Shown here: in pieces, positions 17,380 through 27,390 of the stretch | Layout: each line of letters starts with the position of its first letter | How positions within the stretch are numbered: the first letter of the stretch is position 1 | Origin: Sandaracinaceae bacterium | GTDB taxonomy: Bacteria > Myxococcota_A > Polyangia > Polyangiales > JADJQN01 | DNA: 64,000 nt | Assembly (NCBI GenBank): GCA_016712745.1 | Contig: JADJQN010000001.1 | Span: 1,879,086-1,943,085 of the forward strand | Direction: 5' to 3' | Position numbers and translations under genes: made by a program | Notes under the pieces: model-generated | The model's database searches: none | What the model saw: only the letters and a program-made list of their open reading frames with translations | What the model was told of the DNA's origin: nothing

Positions 17380-19221
17380 GTGGCAGCCCCCCTCAATCGT
17401 TACAAGGCGGACCTTCGCGAAATCCAGTTTCTACTTTTCGAGCAATTCCATTTGGAAGAGTTGCTTGGAAAAGCGCCGTACGAAAACTGGGATAAGGAAA
17501 CCACCGAGCAAGTGATTGCCGAAGTCTATCGCTTCGCGTGTGACGTGAGCGGTCCGTACAATGCGATTGGCGACGAAGAGGGTTGCAAGCTCGTTGACGG
17601 ACGCGTCAAGACGCCGACCGGATTTAAAGGCGCATGGGACAAGCTCTACGCTGCCGGTTGGAAGTCGCTCGCGACGCCCGAGGAGTACGGCGGCCAAGGC
17701 GCGCCGCGCACGCTGCAGGCAGTCGGCGAAGAATTTTTGAGCGGCTCGAACACCGCGTGGAATATGTACTCGGGCCTCACGCTCGGCGCCGCTGAGGTTA
17801 TCCACGAGTTCGGCACTGACCGTCAGAAGAAGTTGTACGCGCACCGCATGTTCAACGGCCAGTTTGCCGGCACGATGTGTTTGTCGGAGCCGCACGCCGG
17901 CTCGGATGTCGGCGCGGCGACCACAACCGCGAAGAAGAACGCCGACGGCACCTACAGCATCCGCGGCACCAAGTGCTGGATCAGCGCTGGCGATCACGAC
18001 CTTGCCGAGAACGTCGTTCACCTTGCGCTCGCGCGCATCGAAGGTGCGTTGCCAGGTACCAAGGGTCTTTCGCTCTTCATCGTACCCGCGACGCGTGTGA
18101 ACGAAGACGGAACGCTCGGCAAGCGCAACGACGTCAAGGTGCCAAGCATCGAGCACAAGATGGGTTTGAATGGGTCGGCAACCTGCGTGCTCGAGTTTGG
18201 CGAAGAAGGCGAGTGCATCGGCGAGGTCGTTGGCAATGCGGAGCATCAGGGCATGCGCCAGATGTTCTTGCTCATGAATTTCGCGCGTATTGGTGTGGGA
18301 ATCCAGGGATTGGCTCTTGCGTCGACCGCTTATTTGAACGCGCTCGAGTACGCGCGCGAACGCAAGCAGGGCGCCAGCATGAAGGAGTTCAAGAACCCGA
18401 CAGCGCCGCGCGTCGCGATCATCGAGCACGCCGACGTGCGTCGCATGCTTCTCGACATGAAGTCGCGCGTCGAAGGTATTCGCGCGCTCATCTACAAGCT
18501 GAGCATCCACCAGGATCGCGCGGCCTTGCTCGAAGGCAAAGACGATGAAGCCGCGCAGTATCACAAGGGCCAAGTTGATTTGCTCACGCCAGTCGTCAAA
18601 TCGTACGCGTCCGATCAAGCGTTCCGTGTGGGTGAGACCGCGATTCAGGTCTATGGCGGCGCTGGCTACACGCGCGACTTTCCGGTCGAGCAATACTGCC
18701 GCGACTCAAAAGTCTTCTCGATTTACGAAGGAACAAATCATATTCAAGCGCTCGATCTTGTTTCGCGCAAGCTTGGACAGGTCGGCGGAAGAAACACGAA
18801 TGCGTTCTTCGGCGACATCGCGAAGTTTATCGCCGCGAACAAGAGCCACGCGGAGCTCGGCGCTAGCATTCAAGGTCTTGAACGCGCGCACGAGGCGGTC
18901 ACGGGTTCAGCGATGCAGCTGCTCACGTGGTTTCAGATGGGGCAAGCCGAACGCTTGCCGCTCGTCGCGAATCGCTTCCTCGAGATGATGAGCTTGCTCG
19001 TCGTGTCATGGCTCCTGCTTGACGGCGCAGTTGTCGCTGTCGACAAGGCCGGCAAACTTCCCGAAGGACACGCCGATTGCGTGTTCTACATGGGCAAGAA
19101 GCACGCGGCGATTTACTACGCACAGAACGTTTTGCCGGCGGCCATCGAGCTTGGCAAAAGCATCGCGTCCGGTGACAAGAGCGCGCTCGATATCCCGAAC
19201 GAGTCGTTCGCGACCGTTTGA
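17380..19221 (+). CDS. Long (~610 aa) acyl-CoA dehydrogenase
   Basis: RYKADLREIQFLLFEQF N-terminal domain, MCLSEPHAGSDVG, GGAGYTRDFPVEQYCRDSKVFSIYEGTNHIQ. I prefer GTG 17380, preceded by AGGAG with a 5-nt spacer, over the tracked GTG at 17353. Confidence 0.85.
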   Translation: MAAPLNRYKADLREIQFLLFEQFHLEELLGKAPYENWDKETTEQVIAEVYRFACDVSGPYNAIGDEEGCKLVDGRVKTPTGFKGAWDKLYAAGWKSLATPEEYGGQGAPRTLQAVGEEFLSGSNTAWNMYSGLTLGAAEVIHEFGTDRQKKLYAHRMFNGQFAGTMCLSEPHAGSDVGAATTTAKKNADGTYSIRGTKCWISAGDHDLAENVVHLALARIEGALPGTKGLSLFIVPATRVNEDGTLGKRNDVKVPSIEHKMGLNGSATCVLEFGEEGECIGEVVGNAEHQGMRQMFLLMNFARIGVGIQGLALASTAYLNALEYARERKQGASMKEFKNPTAPRVAIIEHADVRRMLLDMKSRVEGIRALIYKLSIHQDRAALLEGKDDEAAQYHKGQVDLLTPVVKSYASDQAFRVGETAIQVYGGAGYTRDFPVEQYCRDSKVFSIYEGTNHIQALDLVSRKLGQVGGRNTNAFFGDIAKFIAANKSHAELGASIQGLERAHEAVTGSAMQLLTWFQMGQAERLPLVANRFLEMMSLLVVSWLLLDGAVVAVDKAGKLPEGHADCVFYMGKKHAAIYYAQNVLPAAIELGKSIASGDKSALDIPNESFATV

Positions 19222-19326
19222 GCGCTCATGGGCCCCCGGGCGTTCGAGCGAGGACGAAGGACAGGGCTTGGGCAAAAGTCGAGCGCTCGGGTTGACGAAT
19301 GGGCCTGGCGCACGAAGATCTAGGCC

Positions 19327-19986
19327 ATGTGCCCGCACTGTCACAAAGACGCGCCCATCGTTCACCGGGGAATTGAGGCGTATTGCACGGCCTGTGGGCA
19401 GCCACGGTGGCCGCTCGCTAACGCTGCCTCAGTCAGCATTGCCGGCAAGCCCTCGAAGCTAGGCGGGCGCCTAGCGCGTGTGGTGGGCTTCAGTGCGTTG
19501 ATATTGGGTTCGTCGATGGCCCTCGGGATCGGCGCCATTCTCCAGGCGATCTTCGATCATGGCTATGCAGGCTATATCGTCGGCGGAGCGATCGAGCTCG
19601 TCGCCGTCGCCATTGGCTGGGCCTTTCTTGGAACCGGCAAGCAACTCTTTCAGGCCGGGGAGAGCAAACGGCGCGCAACCGTTTCGCAGGCAGCCTTTGC
19701 GCTAGCTGCGCACCGGGGCGGCATCGTTACGGCGCGCGAGCTCGCCCAAGCGATCAATGTGAGCGTCGCGGAAGCAGATCAGCTGCTCACCGACTTCGCC
19801 AAAACGCAGCACGAGGACGTCTCGCTCGAGTTCGACGACTCTGGAAGCATCTACTATCGCTTCAAGCGTTTCGCACCACCGGCACTGGTCGAAGCGTCTC
19901 CGCTGCAGGTGCGCGTCGAAGAACTCTCCGACGCCGAGCTCGTGACGCCGCCGCAAAGCGCAACGTTGAATCGTCGCGGCGTCTAG
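19327..19986 (+). CDS. Hypothetical zinc-ribbon membrane protein
   Basis: N-terminal CPHC...CTAC zinc ribbon, two TM segments, and a C-terminal soluble wHTH-like domain. There is no family I can name. Confidence 0.45.
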   Translation: MCPHCHKDAPIVHRGIEAYCTACGQPRWPLANAASVSIAGKPSKLGGRLARVVGFSALILGSSMALGIGAILQAIFDHGYAGYIVGGAIELVAVAIGWAFLGTGKQLFQAGESKRRATVSQAAFALAAHRGGIVTARELAQAINVSVAEADQLLTDFAKTQHEDVSLEFDDSGSIYYRFKRFAPPALVEASPLQVRVEELSDAELVTPPQSATLNRRGV

Positions 19987-20049
19987 GAAGCGCGATGCGG
20001 AGCCTTACGGCGCTCCCACGTCTATCCACTCGACGATCGTGCGCCGCTG

Positions 20050-20427
20050 CTAACACGTGAGGATGTTGGGATTGTCGAAAGGCATGATGTTCGACTCGCC
20101 CACGACGTTGCGAATGCGAACGAGGTTGTCGCGTACGCTCGCCTCGATGTCTAGGTTGACCGTGGCCGGAGCGCCATTGCGATCGGCGCCCGTGCGAGTG
20201 CTTTCGTGGCAGCGCGTGCAGTAGCGGCGAAAGAATGGGTCGGCGAAGGTTGTGTACGTGTGCCCGCCGATATCGTCGCCGGGTTGCCCGATGAGCATGT
20301 CGCGGTAGCTGTGGCAGCCGTTCGGACCAGCGTCGCCGATGGGCCCGGCGGGTTTTCCCTCGTCGGTGCAGGCCACAAGGAAGAGAGGGAGAAGTACGAG
20401 CCCAAGCTGCGCGACAGTCACTTTCAT
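20050..20427 (-). CDS. Small lipoprotein with a CxxCH haem-binding motif (cytochrome c-like)
   Basis: Lipobox LPLFLVAC. The FFRRYCTRCHES motif resembles the planctomycete-type cytochrome c domain. Confidence 0.55.
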   Translation of the reverse strand: MKVTVAQLGLVLLPLFLVACTDEGKPAGPIGDAGPNGCHSYRDMLIGQPGDDIGGHTYTTFADPFFRRYCTRCHESTRTGADRNGAPATVNLDIEASVRDNLVRIRNVVGESNIMPFDNPNILTC

Positions 20428-20505
20428 AGCGGATGCGAAAGAACATAGCAGACGCTGCGGCCAAACATTTACGTTCGCTCAAAAAACTCGTACGTATCGC
20501 GTCCC

Positions 20506-22224
20506 ATGCGCCTCGAACGAACCTTGAATGAGCTTGGCCAGGCAGCCATGCAAAAGGCCCTGCAATCCGACGCCCCGCCGGTGATCCGCCGCGCCTCCGA
20601 TCCAAAGCACGGCGATTTTCAGTTGAACGGTGTCCTGCCGCTGGCAAAGCAAATGAAGAAAGCCCCACGCGAACTCGCGGTTCCCGTGGCCGAAGCCTTG
20701 AGCGCGATGGACGGAGTCGAGAAGGCCGAAGTTGCGGGCCCCGGTTTCATCAATCTGACGATGTCGAAAGAATGGCTCGCTCGTCAGCTCGACGGAGATG
20801 TACAGGATGTCGCGCGTGACGGCGTTCATACCGTGGCTGAGCGCACGCGAATCGTCATCGACTTTTCCGGACCGAACATCGCGAAGCAAATGCACGTTGG
20901 TCATTTGCGTTCGACAATCCTGGGCGCGGCGCTCGTCGAAATGCTGCGCTTCGTTGGTCACGAGGTGATCGGCGACAATCATCTTGGTGATTGGGGCACG
21001 CAGTTTGGGCTACTCATTGTGGGGATGCGCACTTTCGGTGACGAAGCGGCGCTCGAGGCCAACGCGATCACCGAGCTTGAGCGCGTCTACAAACTCGCCA
21101 GCGCCAAGGCGAAAGAGGACACGACGTTTGCCGACGCCGCACGCGCTGAGCTGGCCAAATTGCAGAGCGGCGATCCCGAGAATCGCGCGACGTGGGCGCG
21201 CTTTGTCGCCACGACGCGTAAATCCCTCGACGAAGTTTATGCGAAGCTCGGCGTGACGTTCGACGAGTGGCTCGGTGAAAGTGCCTACGATTCGATGTTG
21301 GCCGGTGTTATCGACGAGCTCGTTAACAAGGGGGTTGCGCGCGAAGACCAAGGCGCCCTCTGCGTCTTTTTCGAAGATGATCCGGAGCTCTCCAAAGTAG
21401 AAACGCCCTTTATCGTACGTAAGAAGGACGGCGCCGCACTTTATGCGACGACCGACATCGCGACGCTGATGTATCGCCGCGACAAATTTCACGCGAGCGA
21501 ATCACTCTATGTCGTAGATGCGCGACAGGCGCTCCACTTCAAGCAGCTCTTTGCGACGGCTCGCAAGCTTGGCATCGAGATGAAGATGGAGCACGTGGGC
21601 TTCGGCTCGATCCTCGGCACAGACGGCAAGCCGCTCAAGACCCGCGATGGCGTTTCCGTCACACTCGCGTCACTTCTTGACGAGGCGGAAACGCGTGCCG
21701 CAGCACGCATCCGCGAAGAGGGTCTCGATGTTCCCGAGGATGAGTTGCTGAAAGTTGCGAGCGCAGTCGGGATCGGCGCCGTCAAATATGCCGACCTGCG
21801 CCAGAACCGCGTAAGCGACTATCAGTTCGACTGGGACAAGATGATTTCGTTCAAGGGCAACGCGGGGCCCTACATGCAGTACGCGTACGCGCGCATCGCG
21901 AGCATTTTTCGCAAAGGCGAGATTGACCCTCTCGATGCGAACGGCAAGCTGTCACTGACAGAGCCGACAGAAGTATCTCTAGCCAAGGAGCTGCTTCGAT
22001 TTGGTGATGTCGTGCATCACGCGGCCGAGACGCATCAGCCTCACCTCATCTGCGATCACCTCTACTCGATCGCCCGTCTGTTCAGTGCTTTTTACGAAGC
22101 ATGTCCTGTCCTGAAGTCGACCGATTCCGTACGGGAAAGCCGAATTGCGCTTTGTTCTCTGACTTTGCGCCAGCTACGCCGCGGGCTGCACCTCTTGGGG
22201 CTGCAAGTCGTCGAGCGCATGTGA
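20506..22224 (+). CDS. argS: Arginine--tRNA ligase
   Basis: 572 aa. HVGHLRST (HIGH motif), typical ArgS N-terminal add-1 domain, DALR-type anticodon-binding C-terminus ending in ...VERM. Confidence 0.92.
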   Translation: MRLERTLNELGQAAMQKALQSDAPPVIRRASDPKHGDFQLNGVLPLAKQMKKAPRELAVPVAEALSAMDGVEKAEVAGPGFINLTMSKEWLARQLDGDVQDVARDGVHTVAERTRIVIDFSGPNIAKQMHVGHLRSTILGAALVEMLRFVGHEVIGDNHLGDWGTQFGLLIVGMRTFGDEAALEANAITELERVYKLASAKAKEDTTFADAARAELAKLQSGDPENRATWARFVATTRKSLDEVYAKLGVTFDEWLGESAYDSMLAGVIDELVNKGVAREDQGALCVFFEDDPELSKVETPFIVRKKDGAALYATTDIATLMYRRDKFHASESLYVVDARQALHFKQLFATARKLGIEMKMEHVGFGSILGTDGKPLKTRDGVSVTLASLLDEAETRAAARIREEGLDVPEDELLKVASAVGIGAVKYADLRQNRVSDYQFDWDKMISFKGNAGPYMQYAYARIASIFRKGEIDPLDANGKLSLTEPTEVSLAKELLRFGDVVHHAAETHQPHLICDHLYSIARLFSAFYEACPVLKSTDSVRESRIALCSLTLRQLRRGLHLLGLQVVERM

Positions 22225-22279
22225 CGCAGAGTCTGGTATTCTTCCCAGCCCGTAGCACCCGAGGCTCGCAAAGCGCCCC

Positions 22280-23029
22280 ATGACGACGACTGGCTCAAAA
22301 CCGCCGAGCAATCCAGACGAAGGCAATCCAGCCGAAGGCTCTCCGCCCGAGGCGCAAGCGCCCAGCGTCGCTGGCGAAGCGTCAGCGAGTATTCCTCCAG
22401 AAGCGGGCACGCCGAGCAGCGCGCCCGAGGCGGCGGCAAAAAAGGGCGCCGCCGCGATCGCTGCGAAGATTATCGCCGAGCAGCAGACAAGCGCCGTCTC
22501 GAGTCATGGCGCAGCCCTGCTCGACGACAAGCCCACAGTTTCAACGCAGGCCGCGCGCGTGCTTGAGGAGATCGCGACGCAGAAGCCGGAGATGCTCGTG
22601 CCGCAAGTGGATCGCATTTGCACGGGCCTCTTCTCGAGCAACGCGCGCGTCGTGCAGACGTGTGCAGTCGCGCTTCCGCACCTAGCACGCGTGGCGCCCG
22701 CGCGCGTGGCGCGTCAGCTGCAGACACTCACCGACTCGTTCCCGAAGGCGAGCGAGATGGGTAAGGATGGATTGGTCCGCACGTTCGCCGCGCTTTGCGC
22801 AGCATCGGTTGCCTACCAGAAGCGCCTGGAACCGGCGCTTGAGGTTGCGCTCAGCACAGCGGATCCGAAGACGCTCGCCAGGTGGACCGAGATTGTCCTG
22901 CCGGCCCTCAAAGGTGAACCACATGCCGCCGCGCGTGCGGTGGTCGAGAAGCGTCTTGCCACCCTTCCGCGTCCCGTAGCGCAAGGCATTGCTGATTTTC
23001 TAGGCGTGAAACTGCGCGTGACGAGGTAG
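22280..23029 (+). CDS. Hypothetical protein: Pro/Ala/Glu-rich N-terminus followed by a HEAT/ARM-like helical domain
   Basis: Coding-like GC3 bias. A helical-repeat pattern is the only evidence. Confidence 0.4.
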   Translation: MTTTGSKPPSNPDEGNPAEGSPPEAQAPSVAGEASASIPPEAGTPSSAPEAAAKKGAAAIAAKIIAEQQTSAVSSHGAALLDDKPTVSTQAARVLEEIATQKPEMLVPQVDRICTGLFSSNARVVQTCAVALPHLARVAPARVARQLQTLTDSFPKASEMGKDGLVRTFAALCAASVAYQKRLEPALEVALSTADPKTLARWTEIVLPALKGEPHAAARAVVEKRLATLPRPVAQGIADFLGVKLRVTR

Positions 23030-23032
23030 CTC

Positions 23033-24118
23033 GTGCCTCTGGGCATTTTCCAAACCTACCGCGTCCTGCCAGTACTGGGTTTGGTCTTAGCCGCATGCGG
23101 CGAAGCGACGCCGCAGGCCCCAACGCAAGCGCCGACGAATGTCGAATCCAGTGCGCGTGCTGCAGCGCCCACACCTCCGCCGCCCGGTTTTCCGACCGAG
23201 CTCGTGACGGAAGCGGGCATTGGACCCGCGTTGTATATGGGCCCCGGCGCGGCCGCTCCCACGGTCGGCTACGTCTCGCAAGGTGTCGTTGTGAGTGTGG
23301 CAGGCGCACCGGAAGGCGATCGCGTCCCCGTGCGCATTCGAGGGCCACTCAAAGTGCGCGCATGGATGCCCCTTGCGCGGCTCGCGGGGCAAGTTACGCG
23401 ACGCGGACGCGTTCGCGGCGCGCCAGTCGCCGTTCGGCCCGGTGATCGCATTGGCATTCGTGGGCAGCGGGACGAGAACACATTGATCGTGTCCGTGCGC
23501 CCCAACCTCGGCGCATCGATTTCCATGGACCCATTCGAAGGCGACTTTCCGGCGGCGTGGATTTCCGCCCCTGCGGAGGCGCCGGTCGCGGTCGAGGAAG
23601 CGGGAGAGACCGGCTTGCTGGCTGCCGGGGATGAAGTGCCTGTTTACGATCGCCCGCAGGGAACGATTGTCGCGCGCGTGCCCCGGCACGAGCAGGCGAT
23701 CCCTGTGCAGATAGCCCGGCGGCAAGGCGAATGGAGTGCCGTCCGCATCGGCTTCGGCCCTTACCTCGTTGGCTATGTGCGCGCGCCCATCCAAGCGGGC
23801 GCATCGCCCACGCAGCAAGCGCCTGCGCCCGTGGCACAGGATGCGAACACGATGCCGGAACGTATTCAGAACGATGCCCAAGCGCCGCTAATCCGCGTTC
23901 GCGTCGGTGCGCGCATTCGCTTCGGCGGCACAGTCCTGGGAATCGTCGATCGTCTCGCGTACGCGCGCGTGCTGCATACCTATCCGAACGGGGACATCGA
24001 CGTGTTTGTCGCAGCCGACAACGAACTCGCACTACGCGGCATAATCCGCGCGGCCGACGTCGCAGCGAGCGCGCCGCCATTGACCGAGCCTGTCGCAGCC
24101 GAAGACGCCGCGCCGTAA
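23033..24118 (+). CDS. Hypothetical lipoprotein with SH3b-like repeats
   Basis: GTG start. Lipobox LGLVLAAC. Repeated motifs such as GYVSQGVVVSV...VPVRIRG and VPVYDRPQGTIVARV...EWSAVRIG. Confidence 0.45.
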   Translation: MPLGIFQTYRVLPVLGLVLAACGEATPQAPTQAPTNVESSARAAAPTPPPPGFPTELVTEAGIGPALYMGPGAAAPTVGYVSQGVVVSVAGAPEGDRVPVRIRGPLKVRAWMPLARLAGQVTRRGRVRGAPVAVRPGDRIGIRGQRDENTLIVSVRPNLGASISMDPFEGDFPAAWISAPAEAPVAVEEAGETGLLAAGDEVPVYDRPQGTIVARVPRHEQAIPVQIARRQGEWSAVRIGFGPYLVGYVRAPIQAGASPTQQAPAPVAQDANTMPERIQNDAQAPLIRVRVGARIRFGGTVLGIVDRLAYARVLHTYPNGDIDVFVAADNELALRGIIRAADVAASAPPLTEPVAAEDAAP

Positions 24119-24248
24119 GGACGGCGCGCCAAATAAAAACGACGGCGACAGAGCGAGGGGGGCGCGCTCCATCTAACCGTCGTGACACATACATAGGCCC
24201 GCGAAATAGGTTGGCAAGGGGTGCTCGGTGGGCCCCCCCTTTTTTTGC

Positions 24249-25793
24249 TTACTCGAAAATAGTCGCTACCGGGACGATGCGGATGTGGTCGCGCGAAATA
24301 TGCAATGGATACGCCTGTATCTCCCGATCCTCGGCCAGGACGGACTCGGCGGGAGGCGTGTCGTACGTGATCGGCGACGGTGCATCGGACGCTAGGGCGT
24401 CGGCGAACGTCGAGGCGTGACTGGTGACGACGGCTATCTGAAGGTGTGAGGGATCGAGGTGGCGGCGCACTGCTGCGTTGACCTCCGCCACCGTGAGCGA
24501 CTGCCAAGCGGCTCGGACCCGAGCGAGCCACTCCGCGTTCATTCCGTAGAAATGGTCGTCGATGGTGTAGCCGAGGCGACGCGACTCAGTCTGCAGAAAG
24601 AGCGCGTAGTACTGCGAGGCAAAATCACGGATACGTGTGAAGTCGGCATCGCTCATACCGCGATCGATTAGGTCCTGTAGCTCCCGTACGGCCATACGAA
24701 TGGCGAAATGTGCTTTGGCGGGAAGCACAGGCCGCAGCCAGATGCTGAAGTATTGGTGATGGCGCGAGATGTTCGGGAGTGGATAGCGCGACCAGCCATC
24801 CTGCTCGAAGTGCTCGATGTACGAGTAGTCACCGTAGTTCAAGCCTCGATCGCCGCGCATCTTCTGCATAAGCCTACCTGCGAACTGTCGATGCTGACCG
24901 AAGTACGCGGAAGCGATCAGGAGCGCGGGGTAGTCGGGGCTGTCTCGCGTCACGTCGATCGGCATGCCCATCGAGACCGCGGTGGATGCTGCGTCGGTCT
25001 TGTCGACAAGCTAAATACGACGTTGCTGGTCGTTCGGCGCTCGCACCGCGGGAAGCGTGTGGACGGTCGGACATGTGAGGCTCGTTAGATCAGACTGAAT
25101 GCGTTGCGCGAAGTCTTCGGGGAATGCGCCCGAAAGACCGATGTGCAGATTGGCCTCGCACATCATCGCCGTGCGTTGCGCACGCACCTGCTCGAGGGTC
25201 ATGGCCGAAAGCGCTGCTGCCGTGCCGAGCGCTGGATGACCGAAAGAATGGCCTTCGTAAAGCATCGCCTGCAACGTCTCTTGGCCGAGTGCTTCGTCAT
25301 CGTTGCCGCGAAGCTCAAGGGTAAGCTCGCTCTGCGTCTGTGCACGGACACGCGCAAAGTCCGCTTCAGTCATTTGCGGTGCGATGAGCATCGCGCGGAA
25401 GATTGCGTAGAAAGCATCTAGGTGGTCGCGATGAACGCGCGCGCTAAACACCGTCTGCTCGCGATCGACGTGAAAATCCACCGACGCGGCCATCGGAAAG
25501 AGACGCTCTTGGATCTGCGCGTACGAAAGCTCGCCCGCGGCCCCGTCGGTCATGAGGCGCGCGGCGAGAAGCGTCGCGCCGTCATGCAAATCGGTGCCAG
25601 AACCCGCGTCGTACACGATGCGGAAGCTGACAACGGGCGATTCGGTGCGCGAGGCGACGCTTTCGATCGTTCGCGCCGATGGCTGACTGACCGTTTCACG
25701 GATGGAAGGCAGACCGACGGTGGCGTTGGGCGTGGGGCTTCCACCGCACGAGGCGACGCACGCAGCCAGCGAGATAGTTACGAGTTTCTTCAT
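24249..25793 (-). pseudogene. M16-family (pitrilysin-like, non-catalytic partner) peptidase gene interrupted by one in-frame TAG
   Basis: Tracked ORFs 25011..25793 (lipoprotein signal SLAACVASC, M16 N-domain) and 24249..24971 (M16 C-domain) are in the same frame. The total span of 1545 nt is divisible by 3. The only break is the TAG at 25011-25013: ...VRAPNDQQRRI*LVDKTDAASTAVSMGMPIDV... Confidence 0.6.
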
Positions 25794-27286
25794 GGTACGG
25801 CTCCTGCTGCCACGGGCTGTTGAGCTGTGGCTCGGGGCGCCAAGGTGACGATGAAGCGGCGCGAGTCCGTGAGGTAGGTGCGCGCCGCGTGTTGCACGTC
25901 GTCAGCTGTGACAGACGCGAGTGCACTCAGATACGCATCGAGCGACGCGAGGTCGCCTGTCACCGACAGTATGCTCGCGATGAGTCCAGCAACATCGTCG
26001 GGTGTTTCCAGCGCCATCAGCAGCCCATAGCGAAGATTCGATTTCACCGCTTCGAGACGGGCTGCGTCAGCTCGGCCGGCCGCTATCGCGGACAGCTCGT
26101 TCTGCATCGCAGTTTGGATCGAGGGAAAATCAGTTTCGGGCTTCAGCGTTGCCGCGATAAGGAAAAGGCCAGGGTCGCGCGTGTAGCTGCCTGACATGCT
26201 GGAGAGCTCCAGAACTTTCTGTTGATCGACGACGAGCGATTGGTACAGGGGTGAGGACTGGGAGAAGGCGTAGGCGTGAATAACCTGCAACGCAGCAGTT
26301 TCACGCAGCGATGCTTGTCGGCGCGCTGGTGTATTGCCAGCCTCGAACGCCGGCACACGGTAAGCGACCCACAATCGTGGCGGCGACGAGCCATCCCAAT
26401 CGAGATGGCGCGACGCGCCGGCGCGGGGCTCTGGCTCTACCGGAATGCGCGGGCTATCGCGGCGGGTATTCCATGCGGAATATTGCGCGCGCACGAGCTC
26501 CATAAGGGCTGCGTGTTGTACGTCGCCCACAACGACGATCGTGGCGTTGTCAGGCGTGTAGAAGCGACGGAAGAAGTTGCGGGAGTAGTCGTAGTAGCCT
26601 GGCATCGCGCGCACGTCGCGAAGATATCCGATGACGGTGTGGCGGTAGGTGTGACGAGAGAAAGCAAGCTCGCTCATCGTCTCGTCCATGATCATTGATG
26701 GGTCGGCGGCACTCTTGTTGTACTCGCCCAGCACGGCGCCGGTCTCCGTTCGGAACTGAGTCTCGTCGTACTGCAGGTGCTGGAAGCGATCGGCTTCGAG
26801 CTCGACGATACGCGGCAGTGCGGTCGATGGCGCCGTCACTGTGTAACAAGTGTAGTCGTTCGACGTGAAGGCGTTGTTGTCAGCGCCGAAACTTTGAATG
26901 GTCCGCTCGTAAACTTCTTCTGGGAAACGTTCCGTGCCTCGGAACATCATGTGCTCGAAGAGATGCGCAAAGCCGGAGTGCCCGGCTTCGACTTCATCTC
27001 GCGACCCTACGCGCATCACTGTGTAGTAGGCGACGATGCCGGGGGTATCCCACGGCACTGAAATCACGGTGAGGCCGTTCGGAAGATGGTCGACGGTGGG
27101 CGCGTGCGGGAAGATGGTCGACGCAGGATTTGCCGTGGGCACAGGCGGCGTGGCCCGAATCGCCGTGTGCGCGGGCGGCGGCTGTGGCGTGGCAACGCGA
27201 TCTTGGGCGCGCGTGATTGTGTGCACTAGCGCGACGCCCGCGATGGCGACGCCTAGGGCGGGAAGGACGAAGCGAGGGGTCTTCAT
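25790..27286 (-). CDS. M16-family zinc peptidase (catalytic subunit)
   Basis: HxxEH motif in GFAHLFEHMMFRGT. Signal peptide present. Its stop codon overlaps the start of the downstream M16 partner (ATGA at 25790-25793). Confidence 0.8.
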   Translation of the reverse strand: MKTPRFVLPALGVAIAGVALVHTITRAQDRVATPQPPPAHTAIRATPPVPTANPASTIFPHAPTVDHLPNGLTVISVPWDTPGIVAYYTVMRVGSRDEVEAGHSGFAHLFEHMMFRGTERFPEEVYERTIQSFGADNNAFTSNDYTCYTVTAPSTALPRIVELEADRFQHLQYDETQFRTETGAVLGEYNKSAADPSMIMDETMSELAFSRHTYRHTVIGYLRDVRAMPGYYDYSRNFFRRFYTPDNATIVVVGDVQHAALMELVRAQYSAWNTRRDSPRIPVEPEPRAGASRHLDWDGSSPPRLWVAYRVPAFEAGNTPARRQASLRETAALQVIHAYAFSQSSPLYQSLVVDQQKVLELSSMSGSYTRDPGLFLIAATLKPETDFPSIQTAMQNELSAIAAGRADAARLEAVKSNLRYGLLMALETPDDVAGLIASILSVTGDLASLDAYLSALASVTADDVQHAARTYLTDSRRFIVTLAPRATAQQPVAAGAVP

Positions 27287-27390
27287 GCGCGCGACTTTAG
27301 CAGAGAGTCGGGTGCGGTGATCTGCGCTCTTGTAGCGAGGACGGTTTACAAGAGATCAGGAGATCAAGAGGAAGGCAGATTTCTGTTTGC

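Noticed and set aside
17431-18693. A 420-aa minus-strand ORF and other long antisense ORFs (for example 37118..38161, 38228..39118, 31325..32452, 43334..44281, 50819..51703, 53082..54074, 57403..58407, 23087..23881, 12516..13325, 11352..12128)
   Set aside because: Each lies fully opposite a gene with clear family motifs. Each has an Arg/His/Ala-rich composition with no recognisable domains. This is the standard high-GC artefact.
24119-24248. An intrinsic terminator in the convergent gap (a C-rich run followed by T7 at 24240-24246)
   Set aside because: I could only draw 4-6-bp stems with long loops (AAGGGG...CCCCTT; ACGACGG-N30-CCGTCGT). That is not a convincing hairpin-plus-U-tract structure.
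25011-25013. The in-frame TAG read as pyrrolysine or programmed recoding
   Set aside because: There are no pyl genes or PYLIS-like context in the window, and the host gene family has no precedent. A mutation or sequencing error is far more likely. I keep it only as a formal alternative.
27348-27375. The short direct repeat GAGATCA-n-GAGATCA and the CTTGTA-N12-TACAAG inverted repeat between gpmI and the M16 operon
   Set aside because: They are too short and degenerate. I could not place a credible -35/-10 pair around them.
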